Of a DNA stretch of 64,000 bases, positions 11,501 through 20,989 are shown piece after piece; the stretch's first letter is position 1, and every line of letters starts with the position of its first letter. Origin of the DNA: Euglena gracilis (lineage: Eukaryota); contig CP154954.1 in the NCBI GenBank assembly GCA_039621445.1, positions 26,052,954 to 26,116,953 on the forward strand. Reading direction: 5' to 3'. The notes beneath the pieces were generated by a model. The model was not told the DNA's origin. It saw nothing but the letters and a program-made list of their open reading frames with translations, and did no database searches. Both the position numbers and the translations under genes were made by a program.

Positions 11501-12797
11501 GTCAGCCGGTCAGGGGTCCCTGACCGATGACATGAAACTGTCACTGCTGGAGGGCAGCCTGGACAGTGCCAGCAAACTGGAACTACAACGCAGACAGGAA
11601 CGCGGTGAAAAAATAAAATACCAGGAATTTTGGAACTGGATGTGCCAGAAATACGGTGGAGACACACAATCAGCCATCAAAGACGAACTGAAAACCCTGA
11701 GACCAAAAACGGAAGGAAAACTGACACTGGAAGCGTGGAGGGAGTTTGAGGCCCATTTCAAACTCCTCTACAGCAGGCTGGAAAATCCATCAGAGGAAGA
11801 CGCTTACAACCTGGTGGCTGAAAAAATGCCTGAAACGCAACGCAGAAGCTGCATCAGGGAACAGGACCGCAGAAATCAGGACAGACCGACACTGAAACTG
11901 AAAGGGGTCACGAACATTACAAACGTCCCAGATGCAACAACGGAAGACGTTCGTGACCTGGTGGCAGCAACTGTGGGTACAGGTGAGAATTTTCAGGTGG
12001 CACGAGACGGACAAAACTTCAGGATCCAACTGCACAGCAGCAGAGCTGCTGAACTGCTCCTGATGAAAAACGGTTCAACGTTGCTGACTGGACATAAACC
12101 ACACTTCACACAGGTGCAGGCAAGACTGACTCTGGATGAACTGTTCCAACGTGTGGAAACCGAACTCAGGTGCCAACAACAGTCAGACTCCCTGGGTAGG
12201 GGGTACAACGGCTGGCAGAACCAACCTCGTGAAAACAGATCACGGTCGATGGACCGCAGGGGTTACGTCAGGGAAGTCAAGGAGGAGGAGAAAACAAAAT
12301 CCAGAAGTCGGACACCACCTTCCAGATCCCGACCCAACTCCCCTGGACCTCGAACCCCAACACCTGAAAAACCCAGACCCCCTTCTCCACGCCAGCAGGT
12401 GCCCATGGCAGTTTCAGAACAGCCTGGCCAGGGACGGTACACCAACTGGTCAGACTGGGGACAGAACGACTGGGGCAAAGGCAAAGGAAAGGGGAAAGGT
12501 CAAAACTGGGGTTCAACCCAAAACTGGAACCAGAACCAGAACTGGAATCAGAATTACGGCAAAGGCTACGATTCAGGAAAGGGATACAACTCTGGGAAAG
12601 GATACGATTCTGGGAAGGGGAGCGGGAAAGGAAAAGGCAAAGGGCAGCCACAGCCACAGCCAGCAGCAACGAAAACTGAACCACAGCCTCAGCAAACCAA
12701 CTCACAGGAGCCAGCCAACCAGCCACAGGGACAGCCAAAGGCAGAAGCATCTTCCAGCAATCGCTGGCAGCCAGTTCAAAACGCAGAACGGAAGTGA
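8409..12797 (+). CDS. gag: Gag-like polyprotein of element A (long coiled coil, Pro/Gln/Thr spacer, GKG-rich tail); the real start is more likely the ATG at 8634, outside the LTR
   Basis: Uninterrupted 1462-codon ORF between PBS and pol; its C-terminal half resembles the gag fragments of element B. Confidence 0.85.
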   Translation: MHFLKQAARGIEITLGRVKDPTQRGAGPEGLETPGQAPRLQHGRRGRLPNFDSPPTCGYEQQAEKRPETEKNDADMPAAETAIARVVEPAEVEQADGFPAMNQTLEMPAALTAIVRVVEPADGFAAMYQSLDSNRWTETEQDGTDITVPRTCNDSLRVIAMVHMDQDDTEQTGPSPDYTELDENNEPYFDEQVFAPQNWYQQPETDTQNDQNWQTATAQQPGTQSFALVAVRQSPEQPDRLQGETETSYQEPSYSSYEIPQPEPQNQNTDWDWWSNFAYETGQLTQEFQQFRRKTEQTNQQTAETLQQLQQTTTEWVSELHATVNRQGEALMTEINGRHEDFTTVLATTQANMEQVTVNQNRLYQEHFNGMSQQITEIREMSGSLGEKLREFHSFLQTAGGNAQNQGEHLVGLLHRQRENEKTTAELQQRLAVAEERVAGITGGVQTVNSKVDETVATVSRKVENLRGEISSVVEKIQKEMGSEIRNLTGRVQQQETKTTTTIQNCDYLHKKLVELQKIPDQQQQITQLNEEIGRLKRQVETLTSNEEKHKQRTERLNLEVGNLGHRVDETAQTTENLLGELQKGAIKTGTHATSEHAKWLEMTSAIGSMTTRVGQLEAKLAGPITKTAERETHDNGIWQHLHTLTTELQTQQKRWTEQLVTLDRKISTVTKTTENLTEKLERQNTQQITTPSPSLAEIPRLFENLSISSRPACTGTFGPESGASPLAGGPPSRTQAGQPGAATTAQRTEQGVDRAAGQRGSGTPEPQNQPPAALRGQPTGQNGAGTLEPQAWLTGMGTPQPLAQPRPALRGQPARNQGTGTPEPQACQTGTGTPQPLTGMFSQSSQHWGDETPHPKTEGGPAALGTVNPASLVGQLIQQELKTALTPLIAQLTRQTEQRPTAVPTSPALTTNTTSPVPQSTQPQPTQQPVTTQQNPQSRTRGLFMWADETDTRNTATTTWVGPQLGATQTAIHHIGEETVVAPVATAPAASFGLLLGPVGAAMTKDLVRPTLQGNFADFAVKFPMYLQRVSAGQGSLTDDMKLSLLEGSLDSASKLELQRRQERGEKIKYQEFWNWMCQKYGGDTQSAIKDELKTLRPKTEGKLTLEAWREFEAHFKLLYSRLENPSEEDAYNLVAEKMPETQRRSCIREQDRRNQDRPTLKLKGVTNITNVPDATTEDVRDLVAATVGTGENFQVARDGQNFRIQLHSSRAAELLLMKNGSTLLTGHKPHFTQVQARLTLDELFQRVETELRCQQQSDSLGRGYNGWQNQPRENRSRSMDRRGYVREVKEEEKTKSRSRTPPSRSRPNSPGPRTPTPEKPRPPSPRQQVPMAVSEQPGQGRYTNWSDWGQNDWGKGKGKGKGQNWGSTQNWNQNQNWNQNYGKGYDSGKGYNSGKGYDSGKGSGKGKGKGQPQPQPAATKTEPQPQQTNSQEPANQPQGQPKAEASSSNRWQPVQNAERK
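8534..8545 (+). promoter_or_regulatory. Primer-binding site of element A (initiator tRNA-Met-like)
   Basis: TGGTCGCAGAGG directly after the LTR; 11/12 match to the TGGTAGCAGAGG iMet-type PBS. Confidence 0.6.
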
Positions 12798-13031
12798 AGG
12801 GGCTGCGGCCTGAGGGTAGGGGACGAGAGGGGCGACTCTCTGCAGACACAACCGAAACAACAAAACAAACAAAGGGAACCAGGTCCAGAGCCGCAGCGGT
12901 CATACACACTGGGTAAGGGAGGTAAGAAAAAACCCCAAAAGAAAAACATCCTGACAAAAAAACGACTCCACAGCCCAGAACCGAAAAGGGAACAGGTCAG
13001 CTGCAGGTTCGGCAGAGCAGCTTCACGGTGG

Positions 13032-13511
13032 GTGTCTGAAAACTACCACGTGAAGGAAGAAAAAATGACAGAAATTCTCTCACACTTCGGGGTCCAGCCC
13101 CAGCTGGATGCCTTTGCAACGGAAAAAAACAAAAGATTTCCGCAATGGTGGGGATCGGGCAGCCCAGATGGAACTGACGCCTTTGAAAAAAACTGGCACG
13201 GAAAACTGCTGTGGATGAACCCCCCATTCAGCAAAATTTCACAGGTGGTGAAGAAAATCCAAACAGACGAGGCCCACGCACTTCTCATGGTACCAAGATG
13301 GGTCCACAGACGATGGTACAGGGAAATCAAAAAACTGGCAGTGATGTCAATGTTCATCCCAGCGGGAACAAAACTGTTCGGACAGGGTGACAAGAACTGC
13401 AGGAATACACCGTGGCCTGTGGAAGTGTTTTTGGTATGCGGACACAAAACACGGTGCAAGTACCAGGTTTCCACAAACATTTCACCCCCCTACACCCGAC
13501 ATCCAAGGTGA
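13032..13511 (+). CDS. Dam-like amino (N6-adenine) DNA methyltransferase domain at the start of pol of element A
   Basis: LDAFATEKNKRF, DAFEKNW, LLWMNPPFSKISQVVKKI and ALLMVPRW; this frame is open back to the gag TGA at 12795-12797. Confidence 0.88.
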   Translation: MSENYHVKEEKMTEILSHFGVQPQLDAFATEKNKRFPQWWGSGSPDGTDAFEKNWHGKLLWMNPPFSKISQVVKKIQTDEAHALLMVPRWVHRRWYREIKKLAVMSMFIPAGTKLFGQGDKNCRNTPWPVEVFLVCGHKTRCKYQVSTNISPPYTRHPR

Positions 13512-14662
13512 GGTTCGGCACAGCCCATGAATACCCGCCAGTGGAGGACGAGGTGGAGGGTGGTGAACAAAAAACCGACTTGGGGATGGAAAAACCACAG
13601 AAACACATCAGAAAACTGCAGGAGGCAGCCACAGCGACACCAGAATGGGCCACAGCAGAAAAACCAAAACCAAAAATGCTGGACCTGTTCTGTGGAACAA
13701 AATCGGTCAGCAAGGTGTATGAAAAAATGGGTTTCGAGGTGGTGACAGTGGATTCAGACCCCAGGTGGAAGGCGGATTACCAGGTGGACGTACTGGACTG
13801 GGACTTCAGAAAACACTTCAAACCTGGAGAATTCCACACGGTGGTGTGTGGAGTCCCCTGCACAGAATTCAGCATTGCCCTGACGACAAGACCCAGAAAC
13901 CTGGAAAAGGGAGACTGCCTTGCAACAAAAGCCCTGGAAATTGTGGAATTTCTGCAGCCGCAGAAATGGTGGTTGGAAAACCCAAGGTACGGATACCTGG
14001 GAAAACGAGATTACATGAAACCGTACCCGTACATTGACGTGGATTACTGTCAATACACAGATTGGGGTTACAAAAAACCAACACGAATCTGGGGCAGCCC
14101 TGACATCCTGCAGGTACCAGCAAAACGGTGTGACGGGAAAACGTGCAAGAACCTGGACCCAAACGGTGGTGGTCACCTGGTGAAACTCAGCAACAAACAC
14201 AACATTCCAGCCTTCAAAAAATTCAGGATCCCAGAACAACTGATTCAAGACCTGGCGGGGTTCCACGAACGGCTACGGCAAACCAGCCAAGCCCAGGCCG
14301 CGCAGCAACAACCGCTGCAGCAGCCCAGCCCTGCCCGGACTGCACGGCAAAACATGCTCTCACAGCCCAGCCCAGAACTGACAGGTCAACAGCCAAACCC
14401 AGATTCAACTGACAAAACAGAACCTGACCAAAACATTCGGCTTCCAAAACGACTGTGTGAACCGGTGTCCAAACTCCTGCTGGGGCAGGTCATCAGCAGA
14501 AAGAATGCAAAACAACTCCTCATTGAAGTCCGTGCTGTGTTGCCGGACGGCAAAAAAATGTTCTTACAGGCCCTAATTGACACGGGAGCACAGGCAAACC
14601 TGGTGAAAAAGAACCTGATTCCCCAGCAAAACTTCAGACGTTCACAAAAACCCTTGCCCTGA
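13412..14662 (+). CDS. C5-cytosine DNA methyltransferase domain fused to the N-terminal part of the aspartic protease (element A)
   Basis: Motif I MLDLFCGTKS, motif IV GVPCTEFS, motif VI WLENP, DYCQY..GYKKPTRIW, then protease ALIDTGAQANL in the same ORF. Confidence 0.9.
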   Translation: MACGSVFGMRTQNTVQVPGFHKHFTPLHPTSKVRFGTAHEYPPVEDEVEGGEQKTDLGMEKPQKHIRKLQEAATATPEWATAEKPKPKMLDLFCGTKSVSKVYEKMGFEVVTVDSDPRWKADYQVDVLDWDFRKHFKPGEFHTVVCGVPCTEFSIALTTRPRNLEKGDCLATKALEIVEFLQPQKWWLENPRYGYLGKRDYMKPYPYIDVDYCQYTDWGYKKPTRIWGSPDILQVPAKRCDGKTCKNLDPNGGGHLVKLSNKHNIPAFKKFRIPEQLIQDLAGFHERLRQTSQAQAAQQQPLQQPSPARTARQNMLSQPSPELTGQQPNPDSTDKTEPDQNIRLPKRLCEPVSKLLLGQVISRKNAKQLLIEVRAVLPDGKKMFLQALIDTGAQANLVKKNLIPQQNFRRSQKPLP

Positions 14663-14682
14663 TCACAGCGGACGGAACAAGG

Positions 14683-16077
14683 ATGGAAGGAGGACTACAC
14701 GAAGTCACACTGGAACTGCAGTTTTCATCACGGGTGCACAACACGGACAGAACAAGGGAGTGGTCCACCATTGGAACATTCCATGACGCTGACATCCAAG
14801 TGGATGCCATCCTCGGGTATCCGTGGATGGAACAACACCAACTGGGGGTTTTTCCACACCTACAATCACTGGCCCTCATAGGTGAACCACTGCGGCTGCT
14901 GTCCAGTTGGCACCAGCTGAAGGAACAAAAACACAGGGAACGGAAAATACACCACCTTCAGAAAAACATTTCGGAAGTGCGGGCAATGAATTTGCAGATT
15001 CCTGCTGAAGCGGGCCAGGACGAGGAAAAACTGTTTGAAGACGAAACAACGCTGGAAACACTGGCAAAGCAACTTCAGAAATCGGCAAGGAAATCTGACA
15101 GGGTTCACGGTGTTGTGGTGGTGCCAGAAGGACAGGAAACACAAGGCGAAAAGGTGGCTGAACTGGTGAAAAAACTGCGGCAGGACTATGAAGGAGTGGT
15201 CTTGCGAGACAAAATCTACCCAGACCCCCCAGAACGTGGACCACTGGGTTATGGGAAAATCGAACTGAAACCTGGAACAGTGGCGAAAAAGCAAAGACCC
15301 ATCCACATGACAGGAGAACGCCGACAGGCACTCATCGACATGGTGGACGAATGGGTTAGGGACCTGAAAGTGGAAGACGGGAGGAGTGACTGGTCCAGCC
15401 CCACGTTCGTGGTGGCCAAAAAAGGTGGAAAATGGAGAGGGGTGGTGGATTTCAGAGCACTGAACGAGGCAACAATCACAGACGCCCATCCCCTCCCTAG
15501 GATAGAAGACATCCTAGTTCAACAAGGACAAAGGGCCATGTACAGTGTACTGGACCTGAAAGACGCCTTCCACCAGGTGCCACTGAAAAAAGAATCCAGA
15601 CCCTACACCTGCTGCAGCACACCCAAGGGAACAAAACAGTGGAGAGTGGTGGTTATGGGAATGAAAAACGGTGTACCGATTTTCCAGAGGGTGATCGAGT
15701 ACAGCTTGGAGGAGGTACAAGACATTGCAAACCCCTACGTGGACGACATCATAGTAGGAACCATGTGGCAGGGAACTGAAGAAAAAACCCTAGAACAACA
15801 CGACAAAGACATCAGGAGAGTGATGGAGGCACTGAAAAAACAGCAACACGTGGCAGACATCAAGAAATGCAAATTTTTCGTGAAGGAGGTGGAATTCTGT
15901 GGACACGTGCTCGGTGGTGGACAACGAAAACCTGCACCTTGGAAATTGATGGCTTTGGGAGGAACCCAAAACGATCACAGCCCTGCGGGCATTCCTGGGA
16001 TTCACATACTACTACGCCTCATACATCCCAGGGTATGCGGAATTGGCTGCAGACCTGATGTAAAAACTGAAGGTTAA
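14683..16077 (+). CDS. pol: Protease C-terminal part and reverse transcriptase of element A (frameshifted near 14655 and 15960; premature stop near 16061)
   Basis: DAILGYPWM, WSSPTFVV, WRGVVDFRALN, LDLKDAFHQ, YVDDII, KKCKF and EFCGH. Confidence 0.92.
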   Translation: MEGGLHEVTLELQFSSRVHNTDRTREWSTIGTFHDADIQVDAILGYPWMEQHQLGVFPHLQSLALIGEPLRLLSSWHQLKEQKHRERKIHHLQKNISEVRAMNLQIPAEAGQDEEKLFEDETTLETLAKQLQKSARKSDRVHGVVVVPEGQETQGEKVAELVKKLRQDYEGVVLRDKIYPDPPERGPLGYGKIELKPGTVAKKQRPIHMTGERRQALIDMVDEWVRDLKVEDGRSDWSSPTFVVAKKGGKWRGVVDFRALNEATITDAHPLPRIEDILVQQGQRAMYSVLDLKDAFHQVPLKKESRPYTCCSTPKGTKQWRVVVMGMKNGVPIFQRVIEYSLEEVQDIANPYVDDIIVGTMWQGTEEKTLEQHDKDIRRVMEALKKQQHVADIKKCKFFVKEVEFCGHVLGGGQRKPAPWKLMALGGTQNDHSPAGIPGIHILLRLIHPRVCGIGCRPDVKTEG

Positions 16078-16111
16078 AAAAGGACAGGGGAAGAAAGGAA
16101 GCCTGACACCT

Positions 16112-18742
16112 GTGTTTTTCGGTGAAAAGGAAAGAACAGCCTTCCAGACCATCAAAGAAAAACTGCTGGGAAGCCTGAAACTCCAAACGGTGAACCCGGA
16201 CAAACCATTCATACTCAGGGTGGATGCAAGTGGCAGAGCCGTAGGTGCGGCTCTGGAACAATTTGCGGAGGATACTGCAGAAAAACCAGACCCAACAACA
16301 GCCATGACCAAGAAAACAGTACCTGTAGCTTTCTGTTCACGAAAACTGACACCGGGGCAGGTTCGCTCGTGGTCTCCTAGGGAGAAGGAGACCTACGCAG
16401 TGATCCTGGCCCTGCAAAAATGGGCTTCCTGGATAGGAATGCAACCGGTACTGGTGTTGACGGACCACAAGTCCATTGAGGCATGGGCAACGGAGGCGCT
16501 GGACACCCCCAGTGGACCAGCTGGACGTAGGGCTAGGTGGCACGAACTGCTTTCGCGGTTCGACATAACCGTTGCATACGTACCTGGCAAAGACAACACG
16601 GTCGCCGATGCCTTGAGTAGGTGGGCCTACCCCGCCTCACAGGCATTCGCAGACGTGAGTATCCACGGGAGTGAGGAGGACGACCGACTCATGAAAGAAA
16701 TCATCAAACAGGAGGAAAAGGAACAGAAAACTTGTATGGTGATCAACGTGGCAGACCTGACACAGTCCAAAAAACAACTTCAAGAACCCGTCACTGTGGC
16801 CGTCACAACAAGGGGGGGAGCCAAAACGGGTGAAGATTCGCCCACAGTGCCTGGTTCAACGGAAAATGATGACACCCCTCAAAAAATTTCAAAACCACCT
16901 CAAAAACCTGCAAAAACGACAAAGAAATGGGTTGTGAAGGAAACGACTGTGGTGGAACCAAGCAAAAAACTGGCAGGGGCAACCCCAAGGGAGACCACGG
17001 ATGAGGCAGGAAACCTGATCCGACCAGACCGACCAAAAAACAAAACCCCAGAAAATTCAAAAACGGCCGAGGGACCATCCACTGAGGAAGACCCACCAAG
17101 GCGAAGACCCCTGGAAGAGGACCTTGTGGAACCCCTAACAACAACCGACTCAACAAAACAACAGGACGCGCAAGGTGCGTCATCCTCAACGGGGACACCC
17201 GTTGGACCTCCATCAAGGGGAGTGCACGCCCCGGAGCTTCAACAGGGGGAACCGAAAGGGGTGATGGACAGGGAATGGAAGAACGAGTACGAAAGTTGCC
17301 CAAGGTGGGGACCTGTGCTCAAGGACCTGAAGGAAACGGGGTTCAAAAACTGGCCTGACGGGTACCGATTCGACAACGGCAGGCTCTACAAAAACGGTCT
17401 CCTGTGTGTACCAAGTGGGTTGACTGTAAACGTAATTCGGGAACATCACGAAACAGCCGGGCACCCAGGGTCAACCCGACTGTGGGACCAGATGGGGAGG
17501 TGGTTTGCGTTTGCGGACCATCAGGATGCAAAAAAACTGACAGGCAAAATGATGACCATGTGTGAAACCTGCCAAGCCACAGAACCCAGCCACCTACCAT
17601 ACAAGTGCCCCATTGAACCGACACCGATTCCTGCACACCTGATGGACAGTGTTGCCATCGATTTGTTCTCACTACCTGAAACCACCTTTGAAGGGAAAAA
17701 ATACGACACGTTGGCGTTGTGTGTGGACAGGCTGAGTGGGTGGATGGTTGCAACCCCCCACCTGGCCAAGGGACTCACAGCAGAAAAGGTTGGAAAGGAA
17801 ATGTACAAACAGTGGGGAATTTTTGGGATACCCTCGGTGGTAAGCTCCGACCGGGGCTCCCACTTCACAGCCGGTTGGTGGAAAACACTGTGTGCTGCCC
17901 ACGGGGTCCGTGTGGCGTACGGGCAGGCATACCACCACCAAGCCAACGGACGGGCTGAGGTAGCGGGTAACAAAGTCCTCCGAAAACTGGCAAAACTGGC
18001 TGCTGAAAAAGGGGTACCCTGGGTTGAACTCCTACCGAACGCCTTGAGGGCCCTACACGACGTCCCAGGTGAAACGGGATTGTCACCGTACGAAATTGTG
18101 TTTGGCAGGCACAGACCGTTGGCGGGATTACCATACCAACCACAAAAGGAAGTGGAAGGGGCCTCAACGTTCTTGGAAAGGATGAAGGAACAAGACCAGT
18201 GGGTGAGTCTGGTCCTGAACGAAAAACAGCGTGAACGGGCTGAAACGGTGAACCAAAAACGCAGAGAACCACCTGCCTTGGAAATCGGCTCCAAAGTCTG
18301 GTATCAACCCGAAAGACAACCTGGTACCGACAAACTCGAACCGAAGTGGAAAGGACCTGCGGTGGTGTTGGAACGGGTAGGACAACACTCCTACGTGGTT
18401 GAACTACGACCTGGAAACCGACAACCTGCCCACCGTTCACAACTCAAACCCCACGTGGAGGACCTCTACAACACGACCCCTGTCCCCCTCTACTTTTGGT
18501 CGGGCAAGGCACAGGAGTTGGAGGTCGGACCGGACGAGTGGGAGGTTGAAAAAGTACTGAACCACCGCAGAAAAGACGGAAAACTTCAATTTTTGATTCA
18601 GTGGAAAAACTGGGACCCATCTGATACTCAGTGGGAACCCCTGAACCACTTCTTCCTCCGAACAAACAAAGATGTGGTCCAATATTGCAAGAAACGGGAC
18701 CTGGCTGTGGATGTGAGAGAGTTGCTTGATGGGATGGAGTGA
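16112..18742 (+). CDS. pol: RNase H, integrase and chromodomain of element A
   Basis: VDASG, EKETYAV, TDHKS, VADALSR; HHCC, IDLF, SDRGSHF, NGRAE; KWKGP; EWEVEKVLNHR...FLIQWKNW...WEP. Confidence 0.93.
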   Translation: MFFGEKERTAFQTIKEKLLGSLKLQTVNPDKPFILRVDASGRAVGAALEQFAEDTAEKPDPTTAMTKKTVPVAFCSRKLTPGQVRSWSPREKETYAVILALQKWASWIGMQPVLVLTDHKSIEAWATEALDTPSGPAGRRARWHELLSRFDITVAYVPGKDNTVADALSRWAYPASQAFADVSIHGSEEDDRLMKEIIKQEEKEQKTCMVINVADLTQSKKQLQEPVTVAVTTRGGAKTGEDSPTVPGSTENDDTPQKISKPPQKPAKTTKKWVVKETTVVEPSKKLAGATPRETTDEAGNLIRPDRPKNKTPENSKTAEGPSTEEDPPRRRPLEEDLVEPLTTTDSTKQQDAQGASSSTGTPVGPPSRGVHAPELQQGEPKGVMDREWKNEYESCPRWGPVLKDLKETGFKNWPDGYRFDNGRLYKNGLLCVPSGLTVNVIREHHETAGHPGSTRLWDQMGRWFAFADHQDAKKLTGKMMTMCETCQATEPSHLPYKCPIEPTPIPAHLMDSVAIDLFSLPETTFEGKKYDTLALCVDRLSGWMVATPHLAKGLTAEKVGKEMYKQWGIFGIPSVVSSDRGSHFTAGWWKTLCAAHGVRVAYGQAYHHQANGRAEVAGNKVLRKLAKLAAEKGVPWVELLPNALRALHDVPGETGLSPYEIVFGRHRPLAGLPYQPQKEVEGASTFLERMKEQDQWVSLVLNEKQRERAETVNQKRREPPALEIGSKVWYQPERQPGTDKLEPKWKGPAVVLERVGQHSYVVELRPGNRQPAHRSQLKPHVEDLYNTTPVPLYFWSGKAQELEVGPDEWEVEKVLNHRRKDGKLQFLIQWKNWDPSDTQWEPLNHFFLRTNKDVVQYCKKRDLAVDVRELLDGME

Positions 18743-20470
18743 CGCATGTCGCATACCCCTGCGCTCTCTCACAGATGCCGCCACGTCGCCACCCCCAACG
18801 ACCCCATCACCAACCCCAACCCTACCACCCACACCAACCTCGACCAGCCCCCTTCACCATCCCCACCATACTACCCCCACCCCTACGTGCCCTTGAGGCT
18901 CAACTTCCTTCCCCCCTATGCCTCCGAACTTCAACACCAACGCAAACGAGGCCACCCCCACCACCATACCAACCCCCACGACAACCCTCACCTCAAGCCC
19001 CTCACGTGCCTCCACAGCCACCCCCACAGCGGAGCCCCAGCCCGAACCCCCCACAGCCGGAGCCACCGAGCCCTCCGCGGCGGCGGAGACGCTCAGTTTG
19101 CTCCAGCCCGGGCAGTTTCCGGGGGGTATCGCTGCCCCTGGACAGCCCCCCAGCAACACCCCCCCGCAGCCCACGACCCCCCTCACCGCAACCCAAGGCC
19201 CCCTCCAGCCCCGAAACCCCTACCAAGAAGCAGTGGTGGGTGGAGGAGTTGCTGGGCTTGTAAACGGTGACCCCCCCCTGCAAGGCGCGGGTGCCCCCAC
19301 GGGCCCCGCCTGTATACTCAGAGCCTTGCGGTGGGACCCGAAAACATTTGACAAACCTGAAATGGATTTCACGACCGAACTTCCGAGCGGGTTTACAACC
19401 TTAACCTCTAAACCTCTATCGACTTGGATCGACTTGAACCTGTACACCGCTGACAAAACCTGCCTGACTCAAAAACGACAAAACGGGCCTGGGCAGCCCC
19501 CCCTGGCCAGCCCACCTGAACCCGAACCGCTGGCCAGCCCAACTCGAACCAGCCCAACGGACCTGAACAAGACCCGACCCGACCCGAATTCACTGACCTC
19601 AAGTGCCTCTCTTCTGCCAATCAATCCATTCTTCAATTCTTCATCGTTGTTGTTGTGGGTTGGGACCCCCCCCGAGGAGAACGAACCTTCCCCCCTGGAC
19701 TTGGCCAGCCTACCTGTAAAAAAACAAAAACACAGCCCCCAACCCCAACCGTAGCAGCCAGCCAAAACTGGGCAAACGGTGGAAGGGGAACCTGACTTTG
19801 ACCCAAAAACACAGACCGGGCCGACCCCGGGCCACCGGCCTGGGGGGGGGGGGGGGGCGAGGACCCTCCACAGCTCCTGACCTCGCACAAACCGGCCTAC
19901 CCCCCAGAAAAAAATGCAAAAATACAAAAAAAAAACATTGACTTTGACCCAGCCTGATTTTTAACCGAAACCCAGCCTGCACCTGAATTTTATAAAAATT
20001 CGTCCCCGGCCGGAGCCTGACCGCTTGGCCTGGGGGGGGGGGCTGGAAGACCCCAGCTGGACCCACCCCCCACCGAACAGACACCAAGCCCAGGCACCGT
20101 ATTGGCTAACCGAACCGAAAACGGCTGTCTAGGACCCTGTCCGTGACAAAACAACTCACGTGGCCTGGGAATTAGAATTTTAACCGTGGCTGGCGCTTGG
20201 TTCACAACGGCGCCTGCCCCCCCCCCCAACGCCAAACAGCCCTAGGCGGGCTGAGAGGGGGGACAACACACCAGACCCCGCACAGACCCAACTACGCAAA
20301 GCAGAACATTTGACCCAACCTTGGCCATAAAACGAACCTGAACGGCACAGCCCCCTGAGGGAGGGGGGGACCCTGAACCACAACGGTCCCCTCGCTCGCC
20401 CCCTCCTCACAACGAGTGCACTCCGCACCCCTTCCTGTTGGAGTCGTGAAGAGTTGTAAACAACTCCTTC

Positions 20471-20481
20471 GGGAAGGGGAG
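20471..20481 (+). promoter_or_regulatory. Polypurine tract of element A
   Basis: GGGAAGGGGAG immediately before the 3' LTR. Confidence 0.85.
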
Positions 20482-20985
20482 TGTGAGTCAGGGGTGCTGA
20501 GTGCCCAAAACAACATAACCTAACCCAACCCAACCTGATGACTCTGCAGTTAGGATTAGGAAAATCTTATTAGGAATTTCAATCAGCTGACTCTATCTGT
20601 CCCTGTGCAGGGCTCTGTCTCTGTCACTCATTCTGTCAGTTGTTCAAGAATTATCTGGGATCAATTATCATCAATTGTTTGGACCAATCATTATCTTACC
20701 CTTGGTTTGGACTTCTGGACTTTGGTACTCTCTTCCTTTGTGGTTTGCTTGTATTGTGCTGTTGGATTTGTGGGATTTTTAAACTTTTGGCAAATACGAG
20801 GTGTGAAACTTTGAGCCAACCCACCTCATTTCACCCAAAACACCCTAAAAACAAAAGAAAATGCAATTTTTAAAACAGGCCGCGAGGGGAATTGAAATCA
20901 CCCTGGGCAGGGTAAAAGATCCTACGCAACGGGGTGCCGGCCCCGAGGGACTGGAAACTCCAGGGCAGGCACCACGGTTACAACA
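20482..20985 (+). repeat. 3' LTR of element A
   Basis: Direct repeat of 8030-8533, followed by TSD GTGC. Confidence 0.95.
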
Positions 20986-20989
20986 GTGC

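Larger units (their letters stand above)
8030..20985 (+). mobile_element. Ty3/gypsy chromodomain LTR retrotransposon A carrying a Dam-like and a C5 DNA methyltransferase
   Basis: 504-bp TG...CA LTRs (one substitution noticed), 4-bp TSD GTGC (8026-8029, 20986-20989), PBS, PPT, gag and pol. Confidence 0.95.

Noticed and set aside
13032-14300. Bacterial restriction-modification operon or contamination
   Set aside because: The MTases lie between matched LTRs, in frame with gag and fused to a retroviral-type protease; no endonuclease is present.
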